From positions 14,851 through 78,850 of the forward strand of contig CAZNYC010000001.1 in assembly GCA_964577175.1 (NCBI GenBank): a DNA stretch of 64,000 bases. The letters run 5' to 3'. A model generated the notes under the pieces. It ran no database searches. It worked only from the letters and a program-made list of their open reading frames with translations, and was not told the DNA's origin. How positions within the stretch are numbered: the first letter of the stretch is position 1; every line of letters begins with the position of its first letter. Source of the DNA: an uncultured Anaerolineales bacterium. Its GTDB lineage: Bacteria; Planctomycetota; Phycisphaerae; FEN-1346. Positions 20,391 to 29,502 of the stretch are shown here, in pieces. The translations under genes and the position numbers were made by a program.

Positions 20391-23300
20391 GTGCCATTCG
20401 ACCTCACCGCCTGGACCCGCCTCGAGAGCGACGGTGTGCCCGTCTACGTCCAGCCCGAGCGGCCGGACTGGTTCGTGCCCAACGCGGCCGCCGACCGCAT
20501 CCTGCAGTCTCTGGCGGGGGGGACCACGCCGGACGGTCACATCGAGACCCTTCGCCTGCTCGACCGTCTGCCGGACACGCCCGCCCCGGCGTACGCGGGC
20601 CGGGCCGAGCGCCTGTCGCTCGACCACCTGCGCGAACTCTGGCTGCACGTCACGAACCGCTGCAACATGGCGTGTCGGCACTGCCTGTTCGCCTCCGGGC
20701 CGGACGACGCGGCGGCACTGCCGCGGGACCGCGTCCTCGCCATCGCCCGCGAGGTGGTTGATCTCGGCTGCCGCGTCTTCGCCCTGACCGGCGGCGAGCC
20801 GACCATCCACCCGGAGTTCGAGTCCATCGTGGACGACCTGCTTGGGCTGGCGGACTCGACCGTGGTGGTTCTCACGAACGGTCGGGCCCTGCCCGCCCTG
20901 GCCGCGTCCATGGACCGCTGGCCGGCCGACCGGGTCCACCTCCAAGTCAGCCTGGACGGTCTGGGCGACCGGCACGACCGCATCCGCGGGCGCGGGGCGA
21001 TGGCCGAACTCCTGTGCAACCTCGCCTGCCTGCGCGACGGGGGCCGGCCGTTCACCCTGTCGATGTGCGTGACCGGCGAGAATGTGGCCGACATGCCCGG
21101 CCTGGTCCGCTTCGCCGCCGACGCCGGCGCCACGAACGTCCACTTCATGTGGTATTTCGTGCGTGGCCGCGGCGAGCGGGACGGCTTCGTCCCGCCGGAC
21201 GCGATCTTCCCGCACCTGGCAGAGGCGGCGGAGACCGCAGAGGACGTGGGCGTCGGCGTCGACAACCTCGACGCCTTGGCGAGCCAGGCGTTCGCGCCGC
21301 CGGGCACGATTCACGACGGCTCGACGAGCGGGTGGGAATCGGTGGCCGTCGGGCCGGACGGCAGGTTGTACCCCTCGGCGGCGCTCGTCGGCATGCCGAA
21401 TCTCGCCACGCCGCTCGATGGCGGCCTGGAGCGGGCCTGGCGCGAGGGTCCCCCGCTGCGGCGCCTGCGGCAGCGTACGGCCGCGGGGCTGGATTCACCG
21501 CTCCGCCTGCTGACCGGCGGCGGCGACCCGGACCACAGTTATACGGCGGGGGGAACGTTCGTCGGCGACGACCCGTACCTGCCGCTCCAGGAACGGACGC
21601 TGCTCTGGCTCATCGCCCGCGAGGCGTCGCGCTGGCCGGACGACGGCCCGCCCGCGGTGCGCCTGAAGATGGGCGACGTCCTGGAGTCGTGCGGCCCGCA
21701 CGGCCCCGTGGCCACCGTCCACAACAACTGCCTCGTCTCGGTGGCGGGGACCGACGGCCGGACCGCCGTCCGCACGTTCTACGCCGAGGCCGCCCGCAAC
21801 CCGCGTGAGGACATCCTCAATCCCGTGGCGTACCCGGAGGACCTGATTGCCCACATCCCGGACGCATCGCGCGTCCGCAGTTACGGCTGCGGCAGCCCGG
21901 TGCTGGAGGCGACCCTCGCCCCCGGCGACCGCGTGGTGGACCTCGGCTCCGGCAGCGGCGTGGAGTGTTTCGTTGCGTCACGGCTCGTGGGGCCGGACGG
22001 CGAAGTCCTCGGCGTCGACATGCTGGACGCGATGCTCGACCTCGCGCGGGAAGGCGCGCGCGGCGTGGCCGAGCGGCTCGGCTACGCGAACCTCGCCTTC
22101 CGCAAGGCGTATCTGGAGGCCCTGCCGCTTCCGGACGACTGGGCCGACGTCGTCGTCTCGAACTGCGTCCTGAACCTGTCGACGCACAAGCGGCGGACGT
22201 TCGCCGAGATTCACCGCATTCTGAAGCCCGGCGGGCGGCTCGTCGTGGCGGACGTGGTCTGCGAGACCGAGCCGGACACCGCCATCCGCAACGACGACTC
22301 GCTTCGCGGGGAGTGCATCGCGGGGGCGCTTACGCAGCGCGACCTGGCGGGGCTCCTCAGCGAGTCGGGCCTCGTGGGCCTGCGGGTGCTGAAGCGGTTC
22401 CCGTACCGGACGGTGCGGGGTCATCCGTTCTACTCCCTGACGTTCGAGGCGCGCACGGCCGCCGTCTCCGGCGAAACGGCCCGTGTGATGTACCGCGGCC
22501 CGTTTGCCTCGGTCACGACCTGCGCGGGGACGGTCCTGCCCGCCGGCCGCACGCGCGAGGTCCAGGCCGACGAGGTCCGCGGCGCGGGCGACGGCCTGCT
22601 CCGGCTCGACGCCGCCGGCCGCGTGACGAACGTGGCGATGGAGGCCTCGTGCGCGTGCGGCGAGCCGGAGGCCGAGACGCCCGAGGCGCCGTCCGTTCCG
22701 GCGCCGACGGCGAAACACGCCGCCGGCTGCATGGTCTGCGCGGCGCCGCTCGTTTACCACGACGTGCCTCGCTCCGCCGCCTGCGCCTACTGCGGCGAGA
22801 AGTCTGAGACGGCGGCGCTGTGCGAGGCCGGTCACTTCGTCTGCGACGCCTGTCACGCCGCCGACGCCCTGGCGCTCATCGAGCGGTCGTGCCTGGCCTC
22901 GGACGAGACGGACATGGCGACCCTGATGGAGCGTATCCGGCGGCACCCGGCCGTCCCGATGCACGGGCCGGAACATCACGGCCTCGTGCCCGGGGTGATC
23001 CTGGCGACGGCCCGGAACCTGGGCGAGCCGGTGACCGACGAGATGGTCCGCCGGGGCATCGGCCGGGGGTTGCAGATTTGCGGCGGCCACTGCGCCTACA
23101 TGGGCGCGTGCGGGGCCGCGCTGGGCGTCGGCGTGGCGTTCGGCATCCTGCTCGACGCCAGCCCCGTCAAGGGGGCCGAGCGGCGGGCGGTGCAGTGGGT
23201 GGTGACCGAGGCGCTCACCCCCATCGCCGACCTGGAGGCGGGCCGCTGCTGCCAGCGCGACGCCTGGCTGGCCCTCCGGAAGGCCGCGGACACATCGCAG

Positions 23301-23438
23301 GCCATCCTGGGCTTTCGGCTTCACGCCGACGCGGCGGTCGTCTGCTCGCAGACGACCGAGAACACCGAGTGCATCGGAGCAGCCTGCCCGCTCGCACGCG
23401 TCGGGGCCGCTACAGAGATGGAAGGAGAGACGGCATGA
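20391..23438 (+). CDS. arsM: Fusion protein: radical SAM domain + ArsM-type arsenite S-adenosylmethionine methyltransferase + C-terminal Cys-rich domain
   Basis: GTG at 20391 with GGAG 7 nt upstream, in frame with the listed 20298..23438 ORF. The radical SAM CxxxCxxC is CNMACRHC (LWLHVTNRCNMACRHC). ArsM hallmarks: SYGCGSPV, VDLGSGSGVEC, VVSNCVLNL and GECIAGAL, matching the conserved ArsM Cys residues. The ~300-aa C-terminal region carries many Cys pairs (CACGEP, CMVCAAP, CAYCGE, CDACH, ICGGHCAYMGACG, GRCCQRD). Confidence 0.8.
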   Translation: MPFDLTAWTRLESDGVPVYVQPERPDWFVPNAAADRILQSLAGGTTPDGHIETLRLLDRLPDTPAPAYAGRAERLSLDHLRELWLHVTNRCNMACRHCLFASGPDDAAALPRDRVLAIAREVVDLGCRVFALTGGEPTIHPEFESIVDDLLGLADSTVVVLTNGRALPALAASMDRWPADRVHLQVSLDGLGDRHDRIRGRGAMAELLCNLACLRDGGRPFTLSMCVTGENVADMPGLVRFAADAGATNVHFMWYFVRGRGERDGFVPPDAIFPHLAEAAETAEDVGVGVDNLDALASQAFAPPGTIHDGSTSGWESVAVGPDGRLYPSAALVGMPNLATPLDGGLERAWREGPPLRRLRQRTAAGLDSPLRLLTGGGDPDHSYTAGGTFVGDDPYLPLQERTLLWLIAREASRWPDDGPPAVRLKMGDVLESCGPHGPVATVHNNCLVSVAGTDGRTAVRTFYAEAARNPREDILNPVAYPEDLIAHIPDASRVRSYGCGSPVLEATLAPGDRVVDLGSGSGVECFVASRLVGPDGEVLGVDMLDAMLDLAREGARGVAERLGYANLAFRKAYLEALPLPDDWADVVVSNCVLNLSTHKRRTFAEIHRILKPGGRLVVADVVCETEPDTAIRNDDSLRGECIAGALTQRDLAGLLSESGLVGLRVLKRFPYRTVRGHPFYSLTFEARTAAVSGETARVMYRGPFASVTTCAGTVLPAGRTREVQADEVRGAGDGLLRLDAAGRVTNVAMEASCACGEPEAETPEAPSVPAPTAKHAAGCMVCAAPLVYHDVPRSAACAYCGEKSETAALCEAGHFVCDACHAADALALIERSCLASDETDMATLMERIRRHPAVPMHGPEHHGLVPGVILATARNLGEPVTDEMVRRGIGRGLQICGGHCAYMGACGAALGVGVAFGILLDASPVKGAERRAVQWVVTEALTPIADLEAGRCCQRDAWLALRKAADTSQAILGFRLHADAAVVCSQTTENTECIGAACPLARVGAATEMEGETA

Positions 23439-24295
23439 GACGCGCCCTGCTGTTGCTGGTGGCATGGGCGGTGCTGTGCGGCGCGCGAACGCCGCCAGGC
23501 GCTGCCGCGGACGGCGGGTTCGGGTACGACGCCTACGCCGCCGTCCTCGACCGATACGTCGATGATACCGGCATGGTCGGCTACAAGGCCCTGAAGGCAG
23601 ACCGCGGCGGACTGGACACGTTCGTCACCCGCCTCGGGAGGCTCGACCGGAAAACCTACCGAGGGTGGAATGAGAAGGCGAAGATCGCCTTCTGGATCAA
23701 CGCCTATAACGGCCTGACCCTGAAGACCATCATTAATCACTATCCCATCAAGGCAAGTTGGTGGCGGTCGCTGCGGTACCCGAAGAACAGCATCCGGCAG
23801 ATTTCGGGCGTGTGGGACGACATCACCCACGACGTCATGGGCCGGAAGATGACCCTGGAGGACATCGAACACGAGACCCTGCGCAAGGCGTTCGACGAGC
23901 CGCGCATCCATCTCGCCCTCGTCTGCGCGGCCATGGGATGCCCGCCGCTGCGGAACAAGCCGTACCGCGGCGACAAACTGGACGCGCAGTTCGCCGACCA
24001 GGCGCGCGCCTTTCTTTCGAACCCGAAGACGTTCCGCATCGACCGGGCGGCGGGCGAGGTGTACCTCTCGCCGATCTTCAAGTGGTTCGGCGAAGACTTC
24101 GTGCCGGGGTACGTGCCCGAGAAGGGCTTCGGCAACCGTGGCAAGACGCTGCGGGCCGTCCTGAATTACGTGGCCGGGCACCTCCGGCAGAAAGACGCCG
24201 AGTACCTCCGCACCGGCGAGTACGACGTCGAGTACCTGGACTACGACTGGACGCTGAACGCACAAAGCGAGGCCCGCGATGATGCCGCCGACTAA
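23435..24295 (+). CDS. DUF547 domain protein with signal peptide
   Basis: ATG at 23435 overlaps the upstream stop as ATGA. RBS GGAAGGAGAG lies upstream. Signal peptide MRRALLLLVAWAVLCGA. DUF547 motifs AFWINAYN and HLALVCAAMGCPPL. Confidence 0.8.
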   Translation: MRRALLLLVAWAVLCGARTPPGAAADGGFGYDAYAAVLDRYVDDTGMVGYKALKADRGGLDTFVTRLGRLDRKTYRGWNEKAKIAFWINAYNGLTLKTIINHYPIKASWWRSLRYPKNSIRQISGVWDDITHDVMGRKMTLEDIEHETLRKAFDEPRIHLALVCAAMGCPPLRNKPYRGDKLDAQFADQARAFLSNPKTFRIDRAAGEVYLSPIFKWFGEDFVPGYVPEKGFGNRGKTLRAVLNYVAGHLRQKDAEYLRTGEYDVEYLDYDWTLNAQSEARDDAAD

Positions 24296-25061
24296 ACCCA
24301 AGCCGGAAGCGGAAGCAACCGAGGAGGCGGCTTCGCCCGCGCGCCGCCGCGGCGTCTGGCGCCTGATCCTCCTGGGCCTGGCGGTCGCCGGCCTGGCGGT
24401 CGCGTCCTACCTCCTGCCCGTGCGCGCCTACCTGGAGCGCGTGCTCCGGTGGACCGAGGGTTTGGGTGAGTGGGGTCTGCTGGTCGCCGGTGGCATCTAC
24501 ATTCCCGCCACGGTCCTGTTCGTCCCGGGGGTCGTGCTGACGGTGGGGGCGGGGTTCCTGTACCCCCTGTGGCAGGCGGTGCCGGCGATGTCGATCGGCA
24601 GCACACTCGGGGCGTGCGCCGCGTTCCTGGTGGGCCGGACGGTGGCCCGCGACTGGGTCGCGCGCAAGGTCAAGGGCCGGCCGACGTTCGAGGCGATCGA
24701 CGACGCCGTCGGCCGAGAGGGCTTCAAGATCGTCCTGCTCACGCGCCTCTCGCCGGTCTTCCCGTTCAATCTGCTGAACTACGCCTACGGCCTGACACGG
24801 GTGCCTTTCTGGAAATACGCCCTGGCCTCGTGGATCGGCATGCTGCCGGGCACACTGATGTACGCCTACATCGGGTCCGGCCTCCGCTCGCTGGCGGCGG
24901 TGACGGCCGAACGGACCGAGCGGTCCACGCTGGAGCAGGTCTTCTTCTGGGTCGGCCTCGCCGTCGCCGTCATCGTGGTCGCGGTGGTGACCCGCGTGGC
25001 CCGCAAGGCCCTGAAGCGTGCCACCGACGAACGCCTGGCCGACGACGAGGAGGACGCATGA
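24279..25061 (+). CDS. TVP38/TMEM64 (DedA/SNARE-associated) family membrane protein
   Basis: 260 aa, multi-TM, with motif LSPVFPFNLLNYAYGLT. Overlaps the upstream gene by 17 nt. GAGG RBS 8 nt before the ATG. Confidence 0.8.
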   Translation: MMPPTKPKPEAEATEEAASPARRRGVWRLILLGLAVAGLAVASYLLPVRAYLERVLRWTEGLGEWGLLVAGGIYIPATVLFVPGVVLTVGAGFLYPLWQAVPAMSIGSTLGACAAFLVGRTVARDWVARKVKGRPTFEAIDDAVGREGFKIVLLTRLSPVFPFNLLNYAYGLTRVPFWKYALASWIGMLPGTLMYAYIGSGLRSLAAVTAERTERSTLEQVFFWVGLAVAVIVVAVVTRVARKALKRATDERLADDEEDA

Positions 25062-26578
25062 CCGCCTACGGCAAGGTCGAACCGCGCGACGCGCATAACG
25101 AGCGGCTCTTGTCCAATGCCCACCCGCCGGACTGGACGAACCCCGAGCCGGCCGGGCGGTACAACCTCGTCGTCCTCGGCGCCGGGACGGCCGGTCTGGT
25201 CACGGCGGCCGGGGCGGCCGGACTCGGCGCGAAGGTCGCCCTGGTGGAGCGGCACCTGATGGGCGGCGACTGCCTGAACGTCGGGTGCGTGCCCAGCAAG
25301 AGCCTGATCCGCTCGGCCCGGGCCGCCCACGACGCCCGCGACGCCGCACGCTTCGGCGTGCAGGTAGGCGGCGAGGTGACGGTCGACTTCCCCGCCGTCA
25401 TGGAGCGGGTACGGCGCATCCGGGCCGACATCAGCGCCAACGACGCCGCCGAGCGGTTCCGCGACCTCGGCGTGGACATCTTCCTCGGCGAGGGCCGGTT
25501 CACGGGCGACGACACGGTCGAGGTGGCCGGGCAGACCCTCCGCTTCGCCCGGGCCGTCGTCGCAACGGGCGCCCGGGCGGTCCACCCGGACGTGCCGGGC
25601 CTCGCGGAGGCGGGGTTCCTGACGAACGAGACGGTCTTTTCGCTAACGGAGCGGCCCGAGCGGCTGGCCGTCCTCGGCGCCGGCCCCCTCGGCTGCGAAC
25701 TCGCCCAGGCCTTTCAGCGGCTCGGGTGCCGGGTGACGCAGATCCAGCGCAAGGGCCAGATCCTGACGCGAGAGGACCCCGACGCCGCCGCCGTCGTCGC
25801 CGAAGCGATGCGACGCGACGGCGTGGACGTGCGGCTGAGCAGTACCCTTGCCCGCGTTGAGCCGACCGAGACCGGCAAGCGCCTGCACCTGGAGACGCCG
25901 GACGGCGAGGACGGGGTGGAGGTCGACGAGATCCTCGTCGGCGCCGGGCGGGCGCCGAACGTCCAGGGCCTCGGCCTGGACGCCGTGGGCGTGCAATACG
26001 ATGACCGGCACGGCATCGAGGTGGACGACCGGCTGCGGACGACCAACCCGCACGTGTACGCCGCCGGCGACGTGTGCCTGAAGGACAAGTTCACGCACAC
26101 GGCGGACGCGGCGGCGCGGATCGTCATTCAGAACGCTCTCTTCTGGGGCCGGAAGAAGGTTTCCGCCCTCACCATCCCCTGGTGCACGTACACGGATCCC
26201 GAGATCGCCCACGTGGGCCTGTACGAGGCCGACGCCCGCGAGCGGGGCATCGAGGTCGACACGTTCACCGAGCGGTTCGAGGACGTTGACCGGGCCCTCG
26301 CCGACGGCGAGGCCGAGGGACTCCTCAAGGTCCACCTCCGCAAAGGCACGGATCACATCCTCGGCGCCACGCTCGTGGCGCGGCACGCGGGCGAAACGAT
26401 CAGCGAACTGACGCTGGCGATGACGGCCGGCGTCGGGCTCGGAAAGGTGGCGTCCACGATCCACCCGTACCCGACGCAGGCGGAGGCCGTGAAGCACGTC
26501 GCGGACGCGCAGAACCGCACGCGCCTCACGCCGCGCACGCGGGCGCTCTTTGAATGGATTTTAGCGAAGCGGCGGTAG
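25058..26578 (+). CDS. FAD-dependent pyridine nucleotide-disulfide oxidoreductase (mercuric reductase/dihydrolipoamide dehydrogenase-like, no NmerA, no C-terminal Cys pair)
   Basis: ATG at 25058 overlaps the TVP38 stop (ATGA). FAD fold GAGTAGL. Redox-active disulfide GGDCLNVGCVPSK. Dimerisation-domain-like C-terminus. Confidence 0.8.
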   Translation: MTAYGKVEPRDAHNERLLSNAHPPDWTNPEPAGRYNLVVLGAGTAGLVTAAGAAGLGAKVALVERHLMGGDCLNVGCVPSKSLIRSARAAHDARDAARFGVQVGGEVTVDFPAVMERVRRIRADISANDAAERFRDLGVDIFLGEGRFTGDDTVEVAGQTLRFARAVVATGARAVHPDVPGLAEAGFLTNETVFSLTERPERLAVLGAGPLGCELAQAFQRLGCRVTQIQRKGQILTREDPDAAAVVAEAMRRDGVDVRLSSTLARVEPTETGKRLHLETPDGEDGVEVDEILVGAGRAPNVQGLGLDAVGVQYDDRHGIEVDDRLRTTNPHVYAAGDVCLKDKFTHTADAAARIVIQNALFWGRKKVSALTIPWCTYTDPEIAHVGLYEADARERGIEVDTFTERFEDVDRALADGEAEGLLKVHLRKGTDHILGATLVARHAGETISELTLAMTAGVGLGKVASTIHPYPTQAEAVKHVADAQNRTRLTPRTRALFEWILAKRR

Positions 26579-26611
26579 CCGGCCGCATGCCGCTGCCCCA
26601 CGCGTCCGTGG

Positions 26612-27535
26612 TCACGGCGCCATGCGGGACGGCGGGCCCTGCGTCGCCGCCTCGGCGCGCCGCGTGCGAACCCCTTCCGTCCGCCGCCAGTACCGGCGCT
26701 GCCGCCGCAGCGGCATGGCCAGCACGGACCGCACGCGGTTGTCGTCCGGCTTGAGGTACGCCGGCACGCCGATCGTGACCTTGTCCTGCGGCACGTTGAG
26801 ACGGAGGCTGCGATGCAGGCGGTCCCACCCGGAGAAGATGGTCGAGTAGTTGGAGTCGGTTTCCCGCCGAACGACCGAATGATGGATGCCGTGCATGCGC
26901 GGCGTGACGACGACCTTGTTCAGCCATCGCTCCAGCCGCACCGGAAGGCGCACGTTGCTGTGGTGGAACACGGTCCCGCACTGGAAGACCGTCTCGAACA
27001 CGATATACGTCAGCGGACCGACGCCGAGCACGGTCACCTGGGCGGCACGGAAGGCCGTCGAGTACAGCACTTCGCCCGGATGGAAGCGAAACGAGGTGGT
27101 GGTGTCGAGGTCCGGGTCGATGTGGTGGGCGCAGTGGAACCGCCACAGCAGCCCCACCCGATGGTTCGCCCGGTGCCACCAGTAGAACGTCAGGTCCATC
27201 AGCACAACGCCCGCGAGCACCGCCGCCGGCAACGGCAGCGACAGGCGGGCCAGCAGCCCCACGCCGCTCTCCTGGTTCCAGCGGGCCAGGGCGAGCGCCG
27301 CGGGTACCACGGCCAGCCTGCCGGCCGCAAACGCGCCCGCCGACGTCCAGGCGTTGGTCCACAGCCGGCGCCGGAGCCCTCGCTTGGGGGTCCGAAGCGG
27401 CCGCACCCGCTCGGCAGCGAAGAGTCCGAGGAACGTGACGGCGATAGCCGCCGACGGCGCGAAACGTCTCAAAGTGTCGAGGTCCACGTCAAACCGTCCT
27501 CCCACGGCCCATTGTACCAGGGGGGCGGAGGGCAT
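26612..27535 (-). CDS. Fatty acid hydroxylase superfamily protein (sterol desaturase/ERG3-like integral membrane di-iron enzyme)
   Basis: Histidine boxes HRANH, HCAHH and HGIHH, with multi-TM segments. ATG at 27535 is directly preceded by AGGAG. The alternative ATG at 27622 and the ORF start at 27718 are also possible. Confidence 0.65.
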   Translation of the reverse strand: MPSAPLVQWAVGGRFDVDLDTLRRFAPSAAIAVTFLGLFAAERVRPLRTPKRGLRRRLWTNAWTSAGAFAAGRLAVVPAALALARWNQESGVGLLARLSLPLPAAVLAGVVLMDLTFYWWHRANHRVGLLWRFHCAHHIDPDLDTTTSFRFHPGEVLYSTAFRAAQVTVLGVGPLTYIVFETVFQCGTVFHHSNVRLPVRLERWLNKVVVTPRMHGIHHSVVRRETDSNYSTIFSGWDRLHRSLRLNVPQDKVTIGVPAYLKPDDNRVRSVLAMPLRRQRRYWRRTEGVRTRRAEAATQGPPSRMAP

Positions 27536-27693
27536 CTCCTGAGAAAGCGAAACCGGTGGACGGCCGGGGCGCCCCCTCCCCCTGCGAACGGGCGGCGCAA
27601 AAAAACTTAACGGAATGCCCATTGACCCTGGCCGGACCGTTATCATGTCAGAAGAGTGGTGCGAACGTCTCAAGAAACGAAAGGGGAACGACC

Positions 27694-28350
27694 ATGCGTA
27701 ACCGAACGAACCGGACATCCTGGGCCGCGCTCGCGGCCGTCGCCGTGCTGCTGGTCGCGGCGGGCTGCGACCACGAGCATCCGACCGGTGCAGAACACCC
27801 GGAGGAAGGGGCCGAGCACCCGGCCGAGCATCCGTCGGGCGCCGCGGCCGAGGCCGTCACACTGGACGACGTGGCCGACGCCATCGTCGACTACGTCGAG
27901 AAGCAGGGCGGCGCCATCGAGATTGAGGACCCCGCCGCCGGCGAGACGGTGAAACTGACGCTCGACAAGGTCCACCGCGATCGCCTGTCCCGGACCGCGC
28001 CGAACGTGTACTTCGCCTGCGCCGACTTCAAGGCCCCCGACGGCACCGTGTACGACATCGACATGTTCATGAAGGGAGAGACCCCCGAGGCGCTCACCTT
28101 CACCGAAATGACGGTGCACAAGATCGGCGGCGAGGCGCGCTACACGTGGTACGAGGAAGGCGGCGTGTGGAAGAAGAAGATGGCCGAGGGCGTCGAGGCC
28201 GCAAAGCCACAGAAGGAGCATCCCGAGGGCGCCGAGCACCCCGAGGGCGCCGAGCACCCCGAGGGCGCCGAGCATCCCGAGGCCGCAAAGCCACAGAAGG
28301 AGCATCCCGAGGGCGCCGAGCACCCCGAAGGGGCCGAGCATCCCCAGTAA
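27694..28350 (+). CDS. His-rich repeat lipoprotein (putative periplasmic metal-binding)
   Basis: ATG at 27694 after AAAGGGGA. Signal peptide with lipobox-like VLLVAAGC. N-terminal HEHPTGAEHPEEGAEHPAEHP. C-terminal tandem HPEGAE x7 encoded by an 18-nt DNA repeat (cccgagggcgccgagcac) at ~28210-28340. Confidence 0.6.
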   Translation: MRNRTNRTSWAALAAVAVLLVAAGCDHEHPTGAEHPEEGAEHPAEHPSGAAAEAVTLDDVADAIVDYVEKQGGAIEIEDPAAGETVKLTLDKVHRDRLSRTAPNVYFACADFKAPDGTVYDIDMFMKGETPEALTFTEMTVHKIGGEARYTWYEEGGVWKKKMAEGVEAAKPQKEHPEGAEHPEGAEHPEGAEHPEAAKPQKEHPEGAEHPEGAEHPQ

Positions 28351-28374
28351 CGAGCGGCCGAAAGGAGACGCAGC

Positions 28375-29493
28375 ATGCGACTGCGCCCGAGGTATGCGGC
28401 AAGGAGTCTGAGCGTCGTCGCGGTCGGGCTCGTCCTGGCGTGCGGCGCTTGCGACCGCCAGGCCGAAACGCCGGCGGGGGCGCAGGGGATTCGCTGCGTC
28501 GAGGTCTTCTACCAGGTGACCGTGCCGGACGTGCCGGCCGGCGCCGACCGCATCACGGCGTGGGCGCCCATTCCGCCCACGGACGCCCACCAGACGCTCG
28601 ACCACATGGAACTCGAGCAGCCGCTGCCGTACCGCCTGGAAGTGGAGCCGGCGCACGGGAACCGGCTGCTGGTGGTCGACCTGTCGGAGGCCGACCGGTC
28701 GGACGGGGCCGTCGGGTTCACGGCCGTATTCTGCGTCACGCGGCAGGCGTACCGGGTCCTGGGGTCGGCGGTGTCCACCGAACCGCTCCGCCCCGAACAG
28801 CAGGCGGAGTACCTGGCGCCGGACCCGCTCGTCCCGACCACCGGCCAGGTGGCCGAAGAGGCCCGTCGCGTGGCCGGCGACGCCGAGGAGCCGCTACGCA
28901 TGGCCCGCCGCGTTTACGACCACCTCATCGAAACGATGGAGTACAAGAAGGTCGGCGAGGGCTGGGGCAAGGGCGACGCCGTCTACGCCTGCAATGCGCG
29001 GCGGGGCAACTGCTCCGATTTCCACAGTCTGTTCATCGGCGAGGTCCGAAGCCTGAACGTCCCCGCCCGCTTCACCATGGGCCTGCCGTTGCCGGAAGAC
29101 AAGACCGAGGGCGGGATTCCCGGCTACCACTGCTGGGCCGAGTTCTACCTGCCCGAGGAACAGGTGTGGGTGCCCGTGGACGCGTCCGAGGCGCACAGGC
29201 GGCCCGAGAAACGCGAGGCGTTCTTCGGCGGCCTGGACGAGCACCGCGTGGCCTTCAGCCGCGGCCGGCAGGTGCCCCTGCCCGACGCCGACGCCGAGCC
29301 CCTCAACTTCGTCATCTACGCGCACGTGGAGGTCGACGGCAAGCCGCACCCGGGTGTGCAGACGTCCTTCCGCTTTGCCGACCGCGAGAGGGTCCGCGTG
29401 CCGACCGTGGAAACGGCCAGACGCCCGCGCGGCACGCCCGTTCCGCTCGCGAACCGTCCGGCGGGTTGCACGGCAAAGGCGCCCAGGCGATAA
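28375..29493 (+). CDS. Transglutaminase-like superfamily lipoprotein (Cys protease fold)
   Basis: AAAGGAG RBS 7 nt upstream of the ATG. Signal peptide/lipobox LVLACGAC. Transglutaminase core RGNCSDFHSLFIGE with downstream His/Asp (GYHCWAEFY...VPVD). Confidence 0.7.
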   Translation: MRLRPRYAARSLSVVAVGLVLACGACDRQAETPAGAQGIRCVEVFYQVTVPDVPAGADRITAWAPIPPTDAHQTLDHMELEQPLPYRLEVEPAHGNRLLVVDLSEADRSDGAVGFTAVFCVTRQAYRVLGSAVSTEPLRPEQQAEYLAPDPLVPTTGQVAEEARRVAGDAEEPLRMARRVYDHLIETMEYKKVGEGWGKGDAVYACNARRGNCSDFHSLFIGEVRSLNVPARFTMGLPLPEDKTEGGIPGYHCWAEFYLPEEQVWVPVDASEAHRRPEKREAFFGGLDEHRVAFSRGRQVPLPDADAEPLNFVIYAHVEVDGKPHPGVQTSFRFADRERVRVPTVETARRPRGTPVPLANRPAGCTAKAPRR

Positions 29494-29502
29494 TCCACCC
29501 CC

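Noticed and set aside
20391-23438. Possible selenocysteine (the rSAM/Cys-rich family often has Sec) in the rSAM-ArsM gene
   Set aside because: The reading frame is continuous with no in-frame TGA and no obvious SECIS-like hairpin, so all positions are Cys.
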